64,000 nucleotides of DNA from an uncultured Gemmatimonadales bacterium (lineage in GTDB: Bacteria; Gemmatimonadota; Gemmatimonadetes; Gemmatimonadales; Gemmatimonadaceae), in NCBI GenBank assembly GCA_963707505.1, contig CAVPQB010000001.1:96001-160000 (forward strand), written 5' to 3'. Both the position numbers and the translations under genes were made by a program. Positions within the stretch are counted from its first letter, which is position 1; each line of letters starts with the position of its first letter. A model generated the notes under the pieces. The model did not search any database and was not told the DNA's origin. It saw only the letters and a program-made list of their open reading frames with translations. Positions 19,968-30,139 of this stretch are shown here, piece after piece.

Positions 19968-21249
19968 ATGAACACCTCTATTCATACGTCCTTCCATGCA
20001 TCCGCGCGGGTATCACTCACATCGCTCGTGCTCGTCGCCAGCACGGTATTGTCAGCACCGGCAGCGGCACAGACCCCACCGTCTCACGCGATGACTGCCG
20101 GCCTTGCATCCGCCGACTCGCTTGTCCAGGCGGCAGTCGCGAGCAATCTCATTCCCGGCGCCGTACTGGTGATTTCGCACAACGGCAAGGTGCTGCAGAA
20201 CCGCGCGTTCGGATACGCCGAGCTGTACGACTTCAACCTGCATCGGCTCGCAAATCCACGCGTCGATGCACACCTCGACGATGTTCGATCTGGCGTCTGT
20301 GACGAAGGTCATGGCGACGACGTTCGCGGTGATGATGCTCGTCGATCGCGGCAAGGTGAACGTGGATGCGCCCGTTTACACATACCTGCCCGACTTCCGC
20401 GGACCGCATCTCGACAGTATCACCGTTCGCAATCTGCTCACGCACTCTGCGGGACTCGTACAATGGCAACCGCTGTACTACCACGCATCCAACGAGCACG
20501 AGACGTACAACGTCATTCGGAAGATGCCGCTGCAGTGGGGTGTCGGTGAAGGCCGCCATTACAGCGATCTCAGCTTCATGCTGCTCGGCTACATCGTCGA
20601 GCACGTGAGCGGCGAGCCGCTCGACGTATTCGTCCATAAGGAGCTGTATCAACCACTCGGGCTCAAGTCGATAACGTTTCTGCCGAAAAGGCACGGCTTC
20701 ACGGACTTCGCCGCGACGGAACAGGGTAACGGCTACGAGAAGCACATGGTGTACGATTCTACGTTCGGATATCGGTATCGCGGTGATCCGACTGCGTGGA
20801 ACGGCTGGCGACAGTACGTACTGAACGGCGAGACCGACGATGGTAATTCGTGGTACGCTAATGGCGGAGTCGCAGGGCATGCGGGATTGTTCGCGACCGG
20901 TGCGGATCTGCGCGTGCTACTGGATCTGTTGAACAACCGCGGATCGTACGGCGGTCGTCAGTACATCAGGCCTGCGGTTGTCGATTCATTCCTTACCGTC
21001 GATCGTTTTCAGAACTACCTGGGATGGATGAAACCGCCGAACACGCCCGACGGCAGCTACATGCACAACGGATTCACGGGTACCTACGTGATCGGCGTGC
21101 CAAAGGCTGGTTTGTCCATTGTGCTGCTGACGAACAAGCAGAATGTGGGTGCGAACAGTCGCGGGTATTTTGCCGACGTTAAGCCGTTGGATGAAGGAGT
21201 GACAAGCGTGCTGGTAAAGGCGGCGATGGGGGAAAATACCCGGCCGTGA
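19968..21249 (+). CDS. Secreted serine hydrolase (beta-lactamase fold), frameshifted near 20262
   Basis: Signal peptide and IPGAVL in ORF 19968; FDLASVTK (SxxK), LLTHSAG, YSD and HNGFTG in ORF 20266..21249. Confidence 0.85.
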
Positions 21250-21256
21250 GCATCGC

Positions 21257-22828
21257 TCACTTCGATGTCTTCGGCACCGGATGAAACAGCAAGTCCTGAT
21301 AGTCGTAACTGAAATCCGCGAGCGATGAGACCGCGGCCATCTTCATCGTATCGATATCGCCACTTGCAGTCAGCGAGAAGGTGACGTAGGCGTCTGGTAT
21401 CGTCTTCGTGCGCCAGTGCGCAACGAAGGTGTCGTACTGCCAGTGCTCGAGGTCGGCCGTAAACTCCGGTGAGTGAGCGAAACGAAGCACCAGATGTCCG
21501 TTCTCCTCCGCGATCGACGCATCGCCGTACATCGCGTCGTTATAATCGCCGGCGTATCTCGCAAGTGGCAGCGACGGCTTCGACTCACGATTGCGCGAGC
21601 TTGCAGCTTTGGCTTCGACTTCCGCTCCGGATGCAACCGCCTTCTTGCGGGCTGCTTCGTCGATCGCCACCCAATCCAGACGCGGCGTCCCAAGCATGTC
21701 ATCCATCGCGCGGAACGGAATCGCGTTGATAAGCGGCGTTTCCGAGTTGGTCAGTATGACGATTCCGAGACGTGCGTCCGGAACCAGCAACGTGCGCGAC
21801 GTCATCCCGCCAAGACCACCAGTATGCGTAATTATCTTGTGACCCCGATAGTCCTGAAGGAACCATCCCAGGCCATACTCGGAGAATTTGGGTGTAACGG
21901 GAGCCAACGCAGGCACGGATGGCGGCGCGATCGGTAGAATCGTCTGTCCTGACCACATGTCCCTGGTGCGCGCCGCGCTCCACAGCCGAGTGTTGCCAAC
22001 GCGTCCGGAGTCGAGTTGCACGATCATCCATTTGGCGATGTCGTTGACATTTGCGATTATTCCACCGGCCGGCGCGATGACGTCGACAGAGTCGAGCGAG
22101 ATCAGCTGCTGTCGCCCATCGATCATCGAGTGCGGCGAAGCCATGTGTGGATTCCCGGACAGCTCCGCAACGCCGGTCAGTGCCTCCGTCATGCCGAGCG
22201 GCTGAAGGATGCGCTCCCGCACGAATACATCCCACGGCTTGCCGCTCGCCGCGGCTACGACCTCACCTGCGGCCGCATAGAGCACGTTGTCGTATGCGTA
22301 CCGGCTGCGGAAGCTCGATGCAACGCGTGCATACCGTATCCTGTGCAGTATCTCATCACGCGAGTAATTCGAATGCAGCCACAGCAGATCGCCGGCACCG
22401 AGCCCGAGCCCGCTGCGGTGCGTGAGAAGGTCGCGTACTGTGAGCTCGCGCGTGACGTACGGATCCGAAAGCTGAAACCACGGCAGATACTTTGTTACCG
22501 GGTCGTCCCACTTGAGCTTTCCTTCGTCAACGAGCATCGCGAGCGATGCGGTCGTGAATGCCTTGGTGTTCGATGCGATCTGAAAGAGCGTGTGTGCATC
22601 GATCGGTGCAGGTGAGCCGAGTTTCCTTATGCCGTAACCCTTCGCGAAAACGACCTTGCCGTCCTTGACGATTGCAATGGCGGCACCCGGTGCGTCGAAT
22701 GTCTTCATCGCACTCGCGACGTAGGCATCGAAGTCTGCTGACGGTGTCGTGCGTTGCGCTGGTTGCTGGGCGGCGGCGCCAGCTGTTGCGAGTGAGAGCG
22801 ATAGGGCTAGTGCAACTCGTGGCGGCAT
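21257..22828 (-). CDS. Secreted serine hydrolase with DUF3471-like C-terminal domain
   Basis: IASNTK, LLTHRSG, YAYDN, HTGG, YAGDY..YG. Confidence 0.9.
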   Translation of the reverse strand: MPPRVALALSLSLATAGAAAQQPAQRTTPSADFDAYVASAMKTFDAPGAAIAIVKDGKVVFAKGYGIRKLGSPAPIDAHTLFQIASNTKAFTTASLAMLVDEGKLKWDDPVTKYLPWFQLSDPYVTRELTVRDLLTHRSGLGLGAGDLLWLHSNYSRDEILHRIRYARVASSFRSRYAYDNVLYAAAGEVVAAASGKPWDVFVRERILQPLGMTEALTGVAELSGNPHMASPHSMIDGRQQLISLDSVDVIAPAGGIIANVNDIAKWMIVQLDSGRVGNTRLWSAARTRDMWSGQTILPIAPPSVPALAPVTPKFSEYGLGWFLQDYRGHKIITHTGGLGGMTSRTLLVPDARLGIVILTNSETPLINAIPFRAMDDMLGTPRLDWVAIDEAARKKAVASGAEVEAKAASSRNRESKPSLPLARYAGDYNDAMYGDASIAEENGHLVLRFAHSPEFTADLEHWQYDTFVAHWRTKTIPDAYVTFSLTASGDIDTMKMAAVSSLADFSYDYQDLLFHPVPKTSK

Positions 22829-22900
22829 GCGAAGCTCCGGCTTCTGTTCGACATCAGCGCTCGCACCATGCGACGCGGAGTGTGGTGGAGAAAATGCTTC

Positions 22901-23797
22901 TCAGCTCGACCCGGCGCCAGCATCCGCGTTCAACACGGCCCACGCGCTCCGCAGCATCGGCTCCAGCTCCGCTCCCCACAGAATCCACGAGTGCCGCCCC
23001 GGTACCTCGTGGTACTCATACCGCGCGCCGTACGCGCGCAGCGAATCCGTGAATGCCCGGTTGCTCGGCAGAAAGCTTGGATAGTCGTCGTGCGTCCCGA
23101 TCGCGAGAAATACGTACGGCAGACTGTCCGCTCTCGTGTTGCGAAAGGTGCGCAACGGATCATACTCCGCGATCGAAGCGGGACCGCCTTTTCCAAAGGC
23201 TTTCAGTATGCTCTTCCCCGTCCCCTTCCAGAGCACCGAATCCGTTTGACCCATCACACTCGCGACGGACAGCGCTGCGCTCAATCCTCCCGCGAAACGG
23301 TATCTACGCGAGTGACGCAGGCCGAGCATCACCGCACCGTAACCGCCCATCGAGAGCCCGGCGATAGCCTGGCGCATCGTGTCGACGGAGAAACGCCGGA
23401 TCACGTCGTTGTACAGGTCGACGGTAATGAAGGACTCGTACGCAGCACCCGGATCGGACGGCGCGTTCACGTACCACGAGTTTTCTGCATCGGGCAATAC
23501 GACGATGAATGGATACCGTGCGATCACTTTCAGCAGATCCGTGCGACGCAACCAGTCGTCCTTGCCGCCCGAATAACCGTGCAGCAGCCAGAGGACTGGA
23601 TAGTGTTTGGCCGAAGTATATCCGGACGGCAGAACAACGTTGTACGCGACGCGTCTGCTTAGTGACGCAGCATTGACAGAGTCGGTTTCCACATGAACCG
23701 ATTCATCGCGTCCATGGGGCGACGCTGTTGCGCACCCGGCGGCAAGTCCCAGGAGTGAGATGAACGTGCGCGTTGCGCGCCGGCTGTCGGGCATCAT
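22901..23797 (-). CDS. Putative esterase (alpha/beta hydrolase)
   Basis: YPVLWLLHG, AGLSMGG nucleophile elbow, PGRHSW. Confidence 0.9.
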   Translation of the reverse strand: MMPDSRRATRTFISLLGLAAGCATASPHGRDESVHVETDSVNAASLSRRVAYNVVLPSGYTSAKHYPVLWLLHGYSGGKDDWLRRTDLLKVIARYPFIVVLPDAENSWYVNAPSDPGAAYESFITVDLYNDVIRRFSVDTMRQAIAGLSMGGYGAVMLGLRHSRRYRFAGGLSAALSVASVMGQTDSVLWKGTGKSILKAFGKGGPASIAEYDPLRTFRNTRADSLPYVFLAIGTHDDYPSFLPSNRAFTDSLRAYGARYEYHEVPGRHSWILWGAELEPMLRSAWAVLNADAGAGSS

Positions 23798-23800
23798 GCC

Positions 23801-24409
23801 CTAGAACATAACACCAACCGTGATTGGTACGAACGACAGGTCCGCATGGTTCTGACTCACATCGTGATACCGCGCTTCGATGAATCCATCAAACAGTATG
23901 AATGGCACAGATACGCCGGCGCCAATGTTGAACCCGAAATTGCTCTGTGAGGTGCTACTGCCGGTCGTCGGTGACGTACGTACATTGTACACACCACCGC
24001 CGCCTATCAGATATGGCCGCACTACAGGCACCGGTATGTGGATCGGAAATATGACGTTCGCTGTGAATCCCAGTATGCGCACGTCTGCATTGTAGGGTCC
24101 TGTTACCGGACTGCCCTGCGCAAACGTGAGGTTCTTGGTACCGAACCCGTTGTAGGCTACATCTGCACGCAGGCTGAACGGTACGACTGGAAGCGCGACA
24201 CCCAGGGAGCCGGTGATATTGTAGCCGGTGTTGACGCCGGTAAGTCGGCCGTCGCCGTTAGCCAGATCGCCTGTCGGGACTGAAACCCCGCCCGAGACTC
24301 CGATCGAGATGGGGTCGATGATCGAGGAGCCCTGCGCGGCCGCGACGGAGGCACCGAGTGCGTTTCCGGCAACCATTACTAACGCAACACACTTTCGGGG
24401 ACTGAACAT
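23801..24409 (-). CDS. Outer membrane beta-barrel protein
   Basis: Signal peptide, alternating beta strands, PYLIGGGG, terminal Phe. Confidence 0.8.
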   Translation of the reverse strand: MFSPRKCVALVMVAGNALGASVAAAQGSSIIDPISIGVSGGVSVPTGDLANGDGRLTGVNTGYNITGSLGVALPVVPFSLRADVAYNGFGTKNLTFAQGSPVTGPYNADVRILGFTANVIFPIHIPVPVVRPYLIGGGGVYNVRTSPTTGSSTSQSNFGFNIGAGVSVPFILFDGFIEARYHDVSQNHADLSFVPITVGVMF

Positions 24410-24798
24410 CACTTTTGCCCACTGCTGAACAGATTGAGGATGTTTCCGTCGGGATCCTTGAACCACGCGGTGCGCATGCCGCCCGAGACGTGTATGTCGC
24501 CTTCCAGGGTCGTATCAGGCATATCGTAATAGTGCTCGAAGGTGACGCCCCTGGCACGCAATGTCTGGATGATGCCGGCTATCTCGTCGCCTGCGTCCCA
24601 GCTCGCCGCGGTCGCCTGATTCGTCCCGGCATACTGCGAGGCATAGACGAGAAACGTGGTTGCCCCGCTGTTGTACGAAAGCACGCCATGTCGCCGCGGG
24701 CCGTTGTGCTGGAAGCCGAGTGTCGCCTCGTAGAATTTCCTCGCGACTTCGATGTCGCTGACCGCGATCGTGGCCAAGGCGTTCCTGTCTCCCAGCAT
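24409..24798 (-). CDS. VOC/glyoxalase family protein
   Basis: ARKFYEATLG, AWFKDPDGNIL. Confidence 0.88.
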   Translation of the reverse strand: MLGDRNALATIAVSDIEVARKFYEATLGFQHNGPRRHGVLSYNSGATTFLVYASQYAGTNQATAASWDAGDEIAGIIQTLRARGVTFEHYYDMPDTTLEGDIHVSGGMRTAWFKDPDGNILNLFSSGQK

Positions 24799-24978
24799 AT
24801 CTGCCTCCAATCGGTTCGCGGCAATCATTGCCCGCGAATAACGGGCCGCGACGGCGGATCTGCGCTTAGCGTGCGACTTCCTCACCATTCACGAATACCA
24901 CGATCGCCGGTTACCGGACCGTCCATTCGAGCAGATGAGAGCTGCCGACCAGGCCGCGGATGCGCAGATCAACGACAG

Positions 24979-26466
24979 TCACTGCGCAGGGCTCGCATTA
25001 CGCGCCAGCTCGGCAGGTGCGGGCTGTTGCACTCGCGTCACCAGCGCGACGACAGTAAGCACGACTGCATTCACCGCCAGCGCAACGAAGCCGACGTTCA
25101 GGTCCTTCACCATCTGCGGAGCGCCAGGAAGCAGTGTTGCAACGGACGCACTCGTAACTGTGAGAAAGACGACGGTAAGCTCGCCTGCCACAATTCCCGC
25201 GATCGCGCTCGCGGCACTCACGCGCTGGCGCTCACCCAGGCTCAATATGAGAGCGGGAAACAGTTGCGTCACGAAGTTGTAGCCCATCAACAGAAGCACG
25301 ACGAGCGTTTGCCCGCCGCGCAGCGTCAGAATGACTGCGGCCAGCGTCAACACCGGCACCAATGAACGCGCGACGAGTGACACGGTCCTGTCCGATGCAC
25401 TCGGCGCCATCACCCTATAGATATTCTGAGATAGGATCGTGCCAGCAGTGATGAGAATCATGGATCCAGGCACGAGAGCGGTGAGCAAACCGGCCGCGCC
25501 AATCACGCCGACTGTCCATGACCCGAAACTCTGTTCGACGATGCGTAACAGTGAGAGGTCGGCATCCGCGCCCTTGAGCCCGGGCACGACGAGGATTGCC
25601 GCAAACCCGGTGAAGAAAACGAACAGCACCACCAGCTGATACAGCGGAAGTATCACCGCGTTCTTGCGAAACACATTTTCGCTGCGCGCCGTGTACACGC
25701 CAGCGAAGAATTGTGGCCACATGTAGAAACCGGTTGCGGTCAGTAATACGGTGGAGATGAACCACGCCGGGCTCATCCCGGACGCAGGCAACGTGAGTGC
25801 ACCCGGCTTCGCGGCCTCGACGGCCTCGAACATTGCGCGATATCCGCCGAAATAATGCAGCGGCAGATACACCCCGATGCCGACCGCTGCGGCGAGAATC
25901 ATCACATCCTTGAGCGCAGACGTCCACGCAGATCCGCGCACGCCGGACACGACCACGTATCCGACGAGCGCAATACTTGACGTCCACACTGCTACTGCCT
26001 GCGTTATGACTCCGCCCGATGCTTCGGAGACGATGATACCGAGTCCCTTGAGCTGAAGCACGAGATACGGTACCAGCGCTGCAACACTGACCAGCGCAAC
26101 GACGACACCGAGTGTCTTGCTCTCGTACTTCGCGACGAAGAAATCCGCCTGCGATACGAGTCTGCGCGTCTGTGCATACCGCCAGACTATCGGCAGCAGA
26201 AAATACGAGACGCTGTATGCAATCGCACCGTAACAAAGGATGTAGAACGCAGGCGCGCCCTTGCCATAGGCCCAGCCACTGCCGCCGAGAAAGGTAAACG
26301 TTGTATAGATCTCGCCGGCCATGAGCAGAAACACGAATACCGATCCAAAGCCGCGTCCGCCAACGCTCCACTGTTCCAGACTCATTACATGGCCGCGTCG
26401 CGCCGTCAGACCGAGCGCGATGGCCAGTACGAAGACGCCGATGATTACACCGAGTGCTGGTGTCAC
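24979..26466 (-). CDS. Sodium:solute symporter family protein
   Basis: WSVGGRGFG, GEIYTTFTFLGGSG.AY, many TM helices. Confidence 0.9.
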   Translation of the reverse strand: MTPALGVIIGVFVLAIALGLTARRGHVMSLEQWSVGGRGFGSVFVFLLMAGEIYTTFTFLGGSGWAYGKGAPAFYILCYGAIAYSVSYFLLPIVWRYAQTRRLVSQADFFVAKYESKTLGVVVALVSVAALVPYLVLQLKGLGIIVSEASGGVITQAVAVWTSSIALVGYVVVSGVRGSAWTSALKDVMILAAAVGIGVYLPLHYFGGYRAMFEAVEAAKPGALTLPASGMSPAWFISTVLLTATGFYMWPQFFAGVYTARSENVFRKNAVILPLYQLVVLFVFFTGFAAILVVPGLKGADADLSLLRIVEQSFGSWTVGVIGAAGLLTALVPGSMILITAGTILSQNIYRVMAPSASDRTVSLVARSLVPVLTLAAVILTLRGGQTLVVLLLMGYNFVTQLFPALILSLGERQRVSAASAIAGIVAGELTVVFLTVTSASVATLLPGAPQMVKDLNVGFVALAVNAVVLTVVALVTRVQQPAPAELARNASPAQ

Positions 26467-26699
26467 GGCGAGCTCGAATTATCGGAGGGTGTCACGGCTG
26501 CACCGCCGAGCTCGGCATCGTGCCTGCTGTCGAGCAAGTAGATGAGCGCCATTGTGAGGGACGTTATCACTACCCACACGACGATCCACGCGAGCAGAAA
26601 CGGGAGACCCAATACGTATGGATGTACGCGATTGGCGAATGGCACGCCGCCGAGCATGCCGAGTGTGGGAATCGCAGCGAGCCAGCGGTACCGCCTCAT
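26463..26699 (-). CDS. DUF3311 small membrane protein
   Basis: PFANRVHPYVLGLPFLLAW; 4-bp overlaps with both neighbours. Confidence 0.8.
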   Translation of the reverse strand: MRRYRWLAAIPTLGMLGGVPFANRVHPYVLGLPFLLAWIVVWVVITSLTMALIYLLDSRHDAELGGAAVTPSDNSSSP

Positions 26700-27892
26700 C
26701 CCTGCGACGGCGCGAGAAAGTCCAGTGCCGCAACGACGAATGTGCGCGTTCCGTAATCGAGTGCGCGCTCGTCGATGTCGAAGCATTCGTGGTGGTGCGG
26801 CTGCACTATTCCTCGCTCCTCGCAACGTGCACCGACAAAAAAGAACGCACCTGGCGCACGCTGCTGATAGGCCGAGAAGTCCTCGCCGCCCATGCAGGGA
26901 ATGGCTTCCGTGAGTGCCTCCTCACCGAGCGCACGAACCACGGCACGACGCAACAGCTCGCTGGCGCGCTCGTCATTCACTACTGGCCGATAACCGCGCT
27001 CATACGAAAATGTGTAATTCGCACCATGCGCCGACGTGATGCCCGCGAGAATGCGCTCGATGTGCCGCGGCATCTCCGTGCGCAGACTCTCGTCGAAAGT
27101 CCGTACCGTTCCTTCCATTTCGACGGAGCCTGGAATCACGTTGTGCGTGGTGCCTCCGGCGATCCGGGTTATCGATATCACCGATGGTTGCAGTGGATCG
27201 ACGTTGCGGGCGACAACGTGTTGCAGATTGGTGATGAACTGTGCGGACACGGCAATCGGATCGACGGTCTGATGCGGCAGCGCGGCGTGCCCTCCGCTTC
27301 CCGTAATCGTGATACAGATCTTATCCGGGGCAGCCATGAGTTCACCGGCCTTCACGCCCACCTTTCCAACCTCGAGTGGAAGCCAGAGATGTGCGCCGAT
27401 CACGATATCCACCCCGTCCATCACACCAGCTTTCACCAACTCCTCTGCGCCGCCCGGATGCAGCTCCTCGGCGTGCTGGAAGATGAAGCGCACCTCGCCA
27501 GCAAGCGCGTCACGTCGCCCGACCAGTACTTTTACGGCGCCTAGTAGCATCGCCGTATGGCCGTCGTGGCCGCATGCGTGCATCGTGCCCGGGTTCTGGG
27601 AGATGAAACTGTGGGTATTACGCTCCTCGATGGGAAGGGCGTCGATGTCTGCGCGGATGGCGAGCACCGGGCCCGGACTCGCGCCTTTGAGCCGTGCCAG
27701 GACACTCGTCGGGGTTGGTCGCGTGATCTCGAGGCCGCCGAATCCAGCGAGTGTATCGGCAATCCATTGAGAGGTTCGCTCCTCGTGAAACGAGCGCTCA
27801 GGGTGCTGATGCAGGTAGCGCCGCCACCCGATGACCTCTTCGCGAACCGTCTCTACGGTTTCGCTTTGTGAAACTGAAGCCGCCACGGACAC
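26696..27892 (-). CDS. M20 family amidohydrolase
   Basis: LHQHPE, RADIDALP, MHACGHDGH, FQHAEE, GEDFS, HH; GTG start chosen. Confidence 0.92.
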   Translation of the reverse strand: MSVAASVSQSETVETVREEVIGWRRYLHQHPERSFHEERTSQWIADTLAGFGGLEITRPTPTSVLARLKGASPGPVLAIRADIDALPIEERNTHSFISQNPGTMHACGHDGHTAMLLGAVKVLVGRRDALAGEVRFIFQHAEELHPGGAEELVKAGVMDGVDIVIGAHLWLPLEVGKVGVKAGELMAAPDKICITITGSGGHAALPHQTVDPIAVSAQFITNLQHVVARNVDPLQPSVISITRIAGGTTHNVIPGSVEMEGTVRTFDESLRTEMPRHIERILAGITSAHGANYTFSYERGYRPVVNDERASELLRRAVVRALGEEALTEAIPCMGGEDFSAYQQRAPGAFFFVGARCEERGIVQPHHHECFDIDERALDYGTRTFVVAALDFLAPSQG

Positions 27893-27950
27893 CCCCCACC
27901 AGAGTTCGCTGGATGTTACAGGCTTGCGCACCTGTTGGACAGGGGGCAGA

Positions 27951-27976
27951 CACCGAGACGAGCCACCGAGACGAGC
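27951..27976. repeat. 13-bp tandem duplication
   Basis: caccgagacgagc x2. Confidence 0.85.
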
Positions 27977-28086
27977 GATCGCTGACGTGCGATAACAGCG
28001 TATAACGCACGTTTCGCCGCAGGAATCCTGCTGTTCGCGCTCGAGTCGTTTGTATACGCCTGTAACGAGGTTACGCTGCAAATCGA

Positions 28087-29058
28087 ATGGTCGGATCACC
28101 TTTAGGACAGTGTCTTCTGGCAATCGCCATGACCACGTTGGCGACCCCTGTCACGTATCGGCCGGTGCATCCGCCGCCGGCGCTTGCGCCACGTGATCCA
28201 ACGCAGGTCGAGATGCGGAATGTCGATTTCTACGTGGATCCGGAGATAGTGCTCCACATCCACAGGCTACGCGGAACGATACGCAGCAAGGGCGGTGGTC
28301 CGGTCATGTTCGACGACAAGCGATCGCTAGTCATTCATCTAACGACCGCTGAAGTCGGTCTGAACGCGAACGACATTACGGCGCTGCTCAACAAGTACGT
28401 GTTCGCATACAGGGGCGCACCGCTCTCCAAACTACGCGTTACGATTTCCGGGTCGCAGATAGTACTGGCCGGGACACTGCACAAGGTCGCCGCACTGCCG
28501 TTCACAATCAAGGCGGAAGTAAGCGCAACGCCCGATGGACACATTCGCATGCATCCGGTCGAGACCAGGATCATTGGACTTGGCGTCACCCACTTGATGC
28601 ACGGCCTAGGAATGTCGCTGCAGAAATTGGTGGATCTGAGCAAGGCACATGGTGCATCCGCCAGAGGCAACGACATTTATCTCGCACCGGACAGCATTCT
28701 GCCACCACCGACTATCGAGGGGCGCGTGACCGCTGTACGGATCGTGGGGAATGAAATGGTTGAAACGTTCGGCGGCGAAGGAACACCCGAGCAACTCGCC
28801 ATTCCCGATCCGAGCCAGCGCAATTTCATGCTCTATCGCGGCGGCACGTTGCGCTTCGGCAAGCTCCTCATGCTCGACGCTGAAATGCAGATCGTCGATC
28901 TGGATCCAGCAGACCCGTTCAAGTTCGATCTGGACCGCTACAACGCGCAGCTCATAGCCGGATATTCACGAACGCTGCCGGATCTCGGGCTCGAGGTTTA
29001 CATGCGTGACATCGACAAGGTCAAGCAATCTTCTAGTGCGCGCCCTTCGTTGCACTGA
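28087..29058 (+). CDS. Hypothetical exported beta-rich protein
   Basis: 323-aa ORF filling the gap with normal composition; no motif recognised with confidence. Confidence 0.7.
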   Translation: MVGSPLGQCLLAIAMTTLATPVTYRPVHPPPALAPRDPTQVEMRNVDFYVDPEIVLHIHRLRGTIRSKGGGPVMFDDKRSLVIHLTTAEVGLNANDITALLNKYVFAYRGAPLSKLRVTISGSQIVLAGTLHKVAALPFTIKAEVSATPDGHIRMHPVETRIIGLGVTHLMHGLGMSLQKLVDLSKAHGASARGNDIYLAPDSILPPPTIEGRVTAVRIVGNEMVETFGGEGTPEQLAIPDPSQRNFMLYRGGTLRFGKLLMLDAEMQIVDLDPADPFKFDLDRYNAQLIAGYSRTLPDLGLEVYMRDIDKVKQSSSARPSLH

Positions 29059-30121
29059 TCCGTTCGAACGTCACGTTCATGATTGGATAATCGTGCCAAT
29101 CCTTGTAATCGAAGTGCCACCACTCCTGCGGATTCGCGGTGAAGCCCTCGGCCTCCATCGCCGAACGCAACAACGCCCTGTGCCAACGCTGTAGCGACGT
29201 GCCACCCGGATATTCCGCGTACGCCCGATCGGTGCTCTCGTCGTAAGTGCTGACCATCTCGACTGGCTGACCGGTCCTGAGATCGTAGAGCGTGAGATCC
29301 ACGGCGCAACCGCGATTGTGCATCGATCCGTGTGCCGGATTTGCAACCAGCCATTTCTTGTCGGCCGGAGTCGCGTCCCAGAAGATCTTCGTGACGTACC
29401 ACGGTCGATACGCATCGTGAATCAGCAAGCCATAGCCACGCTTGTGGAGCTCATGACTAATCCGGACCACCGCCTCTGCGGCCGGCCGCTGCATGAACGC
29501 GCGCGCCTGCGTGTACATGCGGCTACCGAGAAAGTTGTTTGTGGTTGCGTAGCGGATCTCGAGCCTGATCGTGGAATCGAGCGTCGTCAGCTCGACCAGA
29601 TCCGGCTTGCGCGCGCTTGGCGGCTCGACAGGCGGCGTTGCGGCCAGAGCGATGGTGCGCAGCTCCTCCACCGGACGGACCGGCGTTACGCGTAGCTGAG
29701 TGCCGGATTCGGGACCGATCTGTCTGCGTGGGAATACTATCCCACCAACGGTGAGTTGCGTGGCGCGACCGCTTGCACCGCGCTGAAACGTCACTCGCGA
29801 GCCACCGTACAATCCTTCATGTGGCCACTGAAACACGTCAGTGGAAATCTGGCGCACAGGGTACGGTGTGAGCCATTCGACTGTGGCGTAGAGCGACCCG
29901 CCTCGCTCTGAAATGAGCATGCGATCACCGTCACCATATTCGCCAATGAGACCCATCCAGGTGGACGGAGCAGGCGGGGGCGCGGGGCCAACGCTTGTCT
30001 GCGCCCTGATGGATCCAGCGCCGAGTGTCGATAAAAAGAATATCGCACAGACGAGCGCATTGTATGCGCTTCGGCGCGCGCCGGCGCTCCGTCGTACAGC
30101 CGGTTCAGTCACACGCATCAC
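29033..30121 (-). CDS. M15 D-alanyl-D-alanine dipeptidase (VanX/DdpX family) with signal peptide and N-terminal extension
   Basis: IRYAT.NNF, HDAYRP, SMHNRGCAVDLT, EWWHF. Confidence 0.9.
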   Translation of the reverse strand: MMRVTEPAVRRSAGARRSAYNALVCAIFFLSTLGAGSIRAQTSVGPAPPPAPSTWMGLIGEYGDGDRMLISERGGSLYATVEWLTPYPVRQISTDVFQWPHEGLYGGSRVTFQRGASGRATQLTVGGIVFPRRQIGPESGTQLRVTPVRPVEELRTIALAATPPVEPPSARKPDLVELTTLDSTIRLEIRYATTNNFLGSRMYTQARAFMQRPAAEAVVRISHELHKRGYGLLIHDAYRPWYVTKIFWDATPADKKWLVANPAHGSMHNRGCAVDLTLYDLRTGQPVEMVSTYDESTDRAYAEYPGGTSLQRWHRALLRSAMEAEGFTANPQEWWHFDYKDWHDYPIMNVTFERISATKGAH

Positions 30122-30139
30122 AGCTCCATCGGTCTGAGG

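Noticed and set aside
24815..24838. Near-palindrome ttcgcggcaat-c-attgcccgcgaa, and gatgcat-c-atgcatc at 58053-58067, as operators
   Set aside because: Single occurrences with no adjacent regulator; not distinguishable from chance.
29033..30121. Vancomycin-resistance vanX; SxxK proteins as true beta-lactamases
   Set aside because: No vanHA or vanRS genes, and the protein has a signal peptide. Family membership alone does not show resistance.
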